Source of the DNA: Candidatus Thorarchaeota archaeon
Lineage (GTDB): Archaea; Asgardarchaeota; Heimdallarchaeia; Hodarchaeales; Hodarchaeaceae
Reading direction: 5' to 3'
NCBI GenBank assembly: GCA_048882505.1
Contig: JBHLRO010000002.1
Span: 210,001-242,000 of the forward strand
Length of the DNA stretch: 32,000 bases
The notes under the pieces were generated by a model that saw nothing but the letters and a program-made list of their open reading frames with translations, was not told the DNA's origin and made no database searches. The translations under genes were made by a program, and so were the position numbers. Shown here in pieces: positions 27,374-32,000 of the stretch; positions within the stretch are counted from its first letter, which is position 1; every line of letters starts with the position of its first letter.

Positions 27374-28522
27374 ATGAGCGAACACAAGCGGGATTACTAT
27401 GAAGTCTTGGGAGTTTCCCAGGATGCGGACCTGAAGACAATTAAGAAGGCATTTCGTAAGCTGGCGAGAAAATATCACCCTGACATGAAACCTGATGACC
27501 CTGATGCGGAAAATAAGTTCAAAGAAGCCGCAGAGGCCTTCGAAGTACTCTCTGACGATGAAAACCGAGCTCGTTATGATCGGTATGGTCACTCAGGAAT
27601 TTCTGGGACACCTTTTACCGATTTTTCAGGTATGGGCTTTGAGGATTTATTCCGAGGTTTTGGTATCTTTGAGGATCTCTTTGGTGGTTTTGGAGGAGGG
27701 ACACGGGCACGAACCTCCCAACCACGACCTCAACGTGGCGCAGATGTTCGTCTTAATCTAGAAATTTCATTTGAAGAAGCAATGGAAGGAATAACTAAGA
27801 AAATAAAGGTACCTAATTGGGCACAATGTCCAACTTGTCACGGAACCAAAGTAAAACCAGGTAAATCATTGTCCACCTGTTCTACCTGTCAGGGAATTGG
27901 GGAAATCCGTCAAGTTCAGCGATCTGCCTTTGGCCAAATAGTAAATATTTCCACGTGCCCCCGTTGCCGAGGAGAAGGTCAAACCGTCCCTCGTGGCGCT
28001 GAATGTGAAATGTGCGATGGTGTTGGGAAGGTTAAGCAATTCAGAACGGTTGAGGCCAATATTCCTGCTGGCGTTGACTCAGGTATGCGTGTGATAATCC
28101 GTGGAGAAGGTCGGCCTGGCGAATTAGGGGGTCCTCCTGGTGATCTATACTTGGTTGTATCAGTAGATCCTCATCCTTTTTTCAAGAGGAACGGAGCTGA
28201 CATCCTACTTGAATATCCCATAAGTTTCATTGATGCCATCCTAGGCGCAAAACTCACTGTTCCCTCTATTAACGGAATAGAGAAAATTACAGTAACTCCT
28301 GGGACTGAGAGTGGGGAGATCATCACCATAAAGAAGAAGGGGGCACCTATACCTAATAGCTCTCAGAGGGGAGATTTTTATGTTGGATTAAAGGTAAAAA
28401 TCCCTCCAAAGCTGAAAAAGCCTGTCAAACAGGCTCTCCAACGTATGCGAGAAGAAATTGATGACAGGTATGTTTTCCATGATGCCAAGGAACTCCAAAA
28501 GTTTCTTACTTCAAGAACGTAA
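27374..28522 (+). CDS. dnaJ: Chaperone DnaJ (type I)
   Basis: J domain with HPD, G/F region, and four zinc motifs (CPTCHG, CSTCQG, CPRCRG, CEMCDG). Confidence 0.98.
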   Translation: MSEHKRDYYEVLGVSQDADLKTIKKAFRKLARKYHPDMKPDDPDAENKFKEAAEAFEVLSDDENRARYDRYGHSGISGTPFTDFSGMGFEDLFRGFGIFEDLFGGFGGGTRARTSQPRPQRGADVRLNLEISFEEAMEGITKKIKVPNWAQCPTCHGTKVKPGKSLSTCSTCQGIGEIRQVQRSAFGQIVNISTCPRCRGEGQTVPRGAECEMCDGVGKVKQFRTVEANIPAGVDSGMRVIIRGEGRPGELGGPPGDLYLVVSVDPHPFFKRNGADILLEYPISFIDAILGAKLTVPSINGIEKITVTPGTESGEIITIKKKGAPIPNSSQRGDFYVGLKVKIPPKLKKPVKQALQRMREEIDDRYVFHDAKELQKFLTSRT

Positions 28523-28533
28523 GGGTGAGAAGG

Positions 28534-29640
28534 CTAGTCTTCCAAGGGATATGACCTCCGTAGCTGCGAAAGGTTTCGTGAGCGGAAAATTTCGATTGGC
28601 GTGCGCACTAAACGCATCCACTTGTAATAACAGGCACAAATTTCAGAAAGTTCAGAAAGATTCTGGGGGATACTTTCGGGAGCTGTCATTCTATTAATCT
28701 CCTCATGTACCTGTTTATCGCATTTTCCACAGTTGTGGGCTCCTCTCGGTTTTCCTGCAGCGACTGGGTCACAGATGATGGGAAGTGATGGGTAGAGGGA
28801 ACGAATTTCCCGGACAATGAAAAGAACTGACCATAACCAAGGTGGTTGGTATCGGTCCTGTCTGTAGAGGAAATCTACCAAAGTCCCACTTTGAACGGTG
28901 CACGGACTAAAAGAAATGATATCAGTCCCGATTTTGGCTGCGTCGATGGCCGTTTGGATAGCATCGCTGATAGTATCGGCCTCAGTAACAAAGGGGGGTT
29001 TTATAAGTATATAGGTCTTGACTCGAATCCCTAAGGGGCGAAGTAGCTGCACGCTTTGCTTATACACATCCAAGGAGGTGCCCTTGTTGTGGCAATCCCG
29101 AATAATCGCATCGTTTGAACTTTCCAACCCAATACCGATTTCAAGCTCTTTAGGAGACAATTGCTCTGCAGTTTCCTTAATGAGGTCAAAATAGGAGAGA
29201 GTATATTCGGATTTGCTTTCTACACTCAATTTGAATACATTCGGAGTTTCTTGAATAAGCCTAATAAGCTGGTCACGAAGTTTTTTGGGGACATCCCATT
29301 GATCAAAGAAACTTCCAGAGTTGTAGATTTTCAGATGAATAGGTTTTTTCTCGTGATTTTCTAAAAGCTGATCTCTTATATTGCTCAATATTCGCTCTGA
29401 GGGGATAGGTTGATCACGTGAGGAATCATTGACATATCCACACATTGAACATCCGCCGTTTCCAGATAAAGCCCAGCTACATCCCCTTGTGGGGATTACG
29501 ACCGTCAACGTGTTAAAATTGAGACCTTTTTCGAATTTCGACCATAGCTTTTGATGAGCCTCTTCTTTTTGGAAAGCAAGATATTCATGTCTAAGTTTCG
29601 TTATCGTTGAAGCTAAATGGGAGTTTAAAGACGGAGACAT
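28534..29640 (-). CDS. Archaeosine biosynthesis radical SAM enzyme RaSEA
   Basis: TRGCSW......CSMCGY extended radical-SAM cysteine motif, KIYNSGSFFD, EIGIGLES, YILIKPPF, PPWLWS and PRGAHNCGKC. Adjacent to arcS. Confidence 0.92.
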   Translation of the reverse strand: MSPSLNSHLASTITKLRHEYLAFQKEEAHQKLWSKFEKGLNFNTLTVVIPTRGCSWALSGNGGCSMCGYVNDSSRDQPIPSERILSNIRDQLLENHEKKPIHLKIYNSGSFFDQWDVPKKLRDQLIRLIQETPNVFKLSVESKSEYTLSYFDLIKETAEQLSPKELEIGIGLESSNDAIIRDCHNKGTSLDVYKQSVQLLRPLGIRVKTYILIKPPFVTEADTISDAIQTAIDAAKIGTDIISFSPCTVQSGTLVDFLYRQDRYQPPWLWSVLFIVREIRSLYPSLPIICDPVAAGKPRGAHNCGKCDKQVHEEINRMTAPESIPQNLSELSEICACYYKWMRLVRTPIEIFRSRNLSQLRRSYPLED

Positions 29641-29641
29641 T

Positions 29642-31561
29642 TTAATTCACTTTCTGTCGTATTTTTATTCCTTTTCCCCGATTCATTTCGACCAAAAGGT
29701 GTCCTGAAAGATATGATGTTCCTATTGCTATTAGCTCTCCTTCCTTGTTCAGAACCAATACTTCGTCATTGGGGCGGATCGCATTATTGGCGTGAGTTAT
29801 ACCGAGAGCAAAAATTGTGGAGCCCTGGATTTCTTCACCATCAAAGACAACAATATTCTCAGTGTGGTTTATTATTCGTTGCCCAGCAGCGAGAGATAAT
29901 GTCAATAATCCTGTTTCGGGCCGAAACGTAACAAGATGCTTTCCCTCTATCGTTACCCGTAATCCATGATCCACATGGCCCGATATTCTTGCGTGATCGG
30001 GAAGTAATAATTCTCCTGTTCCTTTTCCAAATTGAAAATCAGTGATTGTTCTGAGGAATAAGAGACGGCTGGAGGATGTTTCCTTCACAGTAATCCCTCC
30101 AAAAGCGGCCCTTAAGAGAGAGCTGAACTGTTGAAGACTTTTAGGGGACGTTAGAGTGCCGACATCGGGGTCGGCCAGTTGAATAGTCCGATCTTCTTGT
30201 TCACAAGCTTCAGCTAAGATTTCACGATCGGTTCCCCTTACAAAACCGACAAGGGGAAGAGATGGATCAAGTTTCGATAAAAGGTTCCGAATATCTTCGG
30301 TTATATGATTTTTCTCTTCAATTGTCCAATAATCGGTCACAGGTATGTCATAATGTCCCGCGGGATATGTATATTCTAGTTCTCGGGGCACCACTCCTAA
30401 AGGACTGGTCAAAATTATTTGTTGGATCAAATGGCGTCTGCGTTTTAGGGCCCGTTTTATTATGCCCTTAAATTTGGCATGCGATTTTGATAAAGAATAT
30501 GGCTTTTTGGCGGAACACGGGAGAAATATTATTCCCTCTGTCATAGGCGAGGGAAAATAACGTGAACGTATCCGTTCCCGAAAGGAGGAGACTTCGGGTC
30601 TAGTGAAGTCTGTTTCATCGGTACACAATAGTCGTTGGTTTCGATATAATGGTGTTCCCTCTAACGGGATATCCTGGTCAATTCGACGCAGAATAGCTTT
30701 AAGAGGTGGATAAGAATTTGCAAAAACCCTTACCAAATCCCGTAAGGTTCCTTCCATGAGTGCTTTTTTTGTCTGGTCTAGAGTATCAATGAATTTGATG
30801 AAAGAAAGATTATGCTCAAATGTTACACTAGATTGATAGGATTTGGCGGCTGAAATCAATTCCAACTGCAAAAAGTCGAAAATATCAACTCCGAGGTACA
30901 CCAATATGGGGATGTATGTGATTGGAATACCAGGAGCATACAATAATCGTCGTGGAGATATCCATGACCTAATTCGATGAACATATTTGATAAATAATTT
31001 GGGATCTGAGACAACAGCTGAAAGATCCCCTAAGCTGATCCCCACAATCGATTTGGCCGTCAATTTTGGAAGGTCATTCTCAAGAATTTCTTTTCTAAGT
31101 GGCACATTTAGGAATAATTGCAAGTTATTGGAAGGATTTTGCTCTTCAAGACTGTTAAGAACTGTAACATATTCACTAAATCGATCGAGATAGATAGTAG
31201 GTAAATCCCAGGGGATTAAATGAAAGGACTGATAGGAAGTGGATTTTTGGACAGTATTTTCAGGAAAAAGATCCGTAATCTGTCTGATATCATGTAATGA
31301 CTTTCCCTGAACCTGCAGCGAGGGATATACATAACAATCTGGAAACTTAGGATAATCTATTGCGTTTTGTAAGTTTGTATTGTCCGAATGATAGGATTCG
31401 CTTGTATTGAGGGTCGGAATTCGTGTGAATCCAAGAAAATCGGGTTGTGATGTTGGAAATACTGATGGACAGAGATTAACGAAGGTTGGTGTTACTAGGT
31501 TCCATTCTTTCCAAATGCCTGTTCTTCCCTGACCATCACATCTGTTGATTTCAAAGTTCAT
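29642..31561 (-). CDS. arcS: Archaeosine synthase alpha subunit ArcS (TgtA2) with PUA domain
   Basis: Degenerate TGT-like N-terminus (LVYLGVDIFD), FLPCSAKKPYSLSKSH, TSPLGVVPRELE..YP..YDIPVT, and a C-terminal PUA domain (AIRPNDEVLV). Confidence 0.92.
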   Translation of the reverse strand: MNFEINRCDGQGRTGIWKEWNLVTPTFVNLCPSVFPTSQPDFLGFTRIPTLNTSESYHSDNTNLQNAIDYPKFPDCYVYPSLQVQGKSLHDIRQITDLFPENTVQKSTSYQSFHLIPWDLPTIYLDRFSEYVTVLNSLEEQNPSNNLQLFLNVPLRKEILENDLPKLTAKSIVGISLGDLSAVVSDPKLFIKYVHRIRSWISPRRLLYAPGIPITYIPILVYLGVDIFDFLQLELISAAKSYQSSVTFEHNLSFIKFIDTLDQTKKALMEGTLRDLVRVFANSYPPLKAILRRIDQDIPLEGTPLYRNQRLLCTDETDFTRPEVSSFRERIRSRYFPSPMTEGIIFLPCSAKKPYSLSKSHAKFKGIIKRALKRRRHLIQQIILTSPLGVVPRELEYTYPAGHYDIPVTDYWTIEEKNHITEDIRNLLSKLDPSLPLVGFVRGTDREILAEACEQEDRTIQLADPDVGTLTSPKSLQQFSSLLRAAFGGITVKETSSSRLLFLRTITDFQFGKGTGELLLPDHARISGHVDHGLRVTIEGKHLVTFRPETGLLTLSLAAGQRIINHTENIVVFDGEEIQGSTIFALGITHANNAIRPNDEVLVLNKEGELIAIGTSYLSGHLLVEMNRGKGIKIRQKVN

Positions 31562-31820
31562 TGAAAGTTCGTTCTCTTTGGTGTAATTTCATTCAATAGA
31601 ATTCGACTTACGATGGATTTTTTATTTTCGCCTCATATTTTTCGGAAAACTAGTTAATCTGGATGAACTGAGAAGTAACTAGGATCTGATAACTCCAACA
31701 TGATATGGCGGTTAATGAGGTAAACTCCCCCGCTTTTAATCCAATCCTTGTTGTCACCCAATTCTATCAAAACAAAAGCTGAATAGAAAACTAGGTTACC
31801 ATAGAAGAAGAGAAATAGCT

Positions 31821-32000
31821 TTGAACACGATTATTGACGATAACGCCCTATTAGGGTATTTTCGACCTCGTGGAAAAATAGTTTGCATCGGAGATATCCC
31901 CTCTGCTATGGATATCATCCGAGAGTACTTGGATGTAAGAGAAGAGGCACGCTTGCCGCTATTACACCTAACCTCTCATCCTGTCTCGGATGACTTATGT
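31821..32000 (+). CDS. Partial hypothetical protein running off the window end (MNTIIDDNALLGYFRPRGKIVCIGDIPSAMDIIREY...)
   Basis: TTG at 31821 opens 60 stop-free codons to the window end, divergent from arcS. Confidence 0.5.
   Translation, partial: MNTIIDDNALLGYFRPRGKIVCIGDIPSAMDIIREYLDVREEARLPLLHLTSHPVSDDLC

Noticed and set aside
367-31193. Remaining short ORFs (60-121 aa) nested in or antisense to assigned genes
   Set aside because: They overlap well-supported genes in other frames and lack recognisable motifs.
1-32000. tRNA, rRNA, CRISPR arrays, transposases or integrases
   Set aside because: No T-loop/cloverleaf, regularly spaced repeats or mobile-element ORFs were seen by eye. A tRNAscan/Infernal run would be needed to exclude small RNAs.

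Overview
Gene-dense archaeal chromosomal window with no mobile element, CRISPR array or RNA gene that I could recognise. The content points to an Asgard archaeon, most likely Heimdallarchaeia; this is inferred from gene content, not a phylogeny. The window holds archaeosine tRNA-modification genes (tgtA, arcS, RaSEA), TFE, an MglA-like GTPase, a roadblock/MglB protein, and a grpE-dnaK-dnaJ operon headed by an archaeal Phr-like regulator with a long inverted repeat upstream. It also holds an amino-acid catabolic cluster: hutU, hutH, a divergent hutI, a kinase/M23-like/aminotransferase fusion, an M20 amidohydrolase and a GS-like ligase. The strongest signal is ORF 19741-20460, a tail-anchored protein with a full 16-layer Q-SNARE-like motif (hydrophobic layers -7 to +8 around a central Gln) directly upstream of the roadblock gene and tfe. 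A second candidate is a small minus-strand ORF (6339-6566) with an in-frame TGA six residues after a Cys, possibly a selenoprotein.
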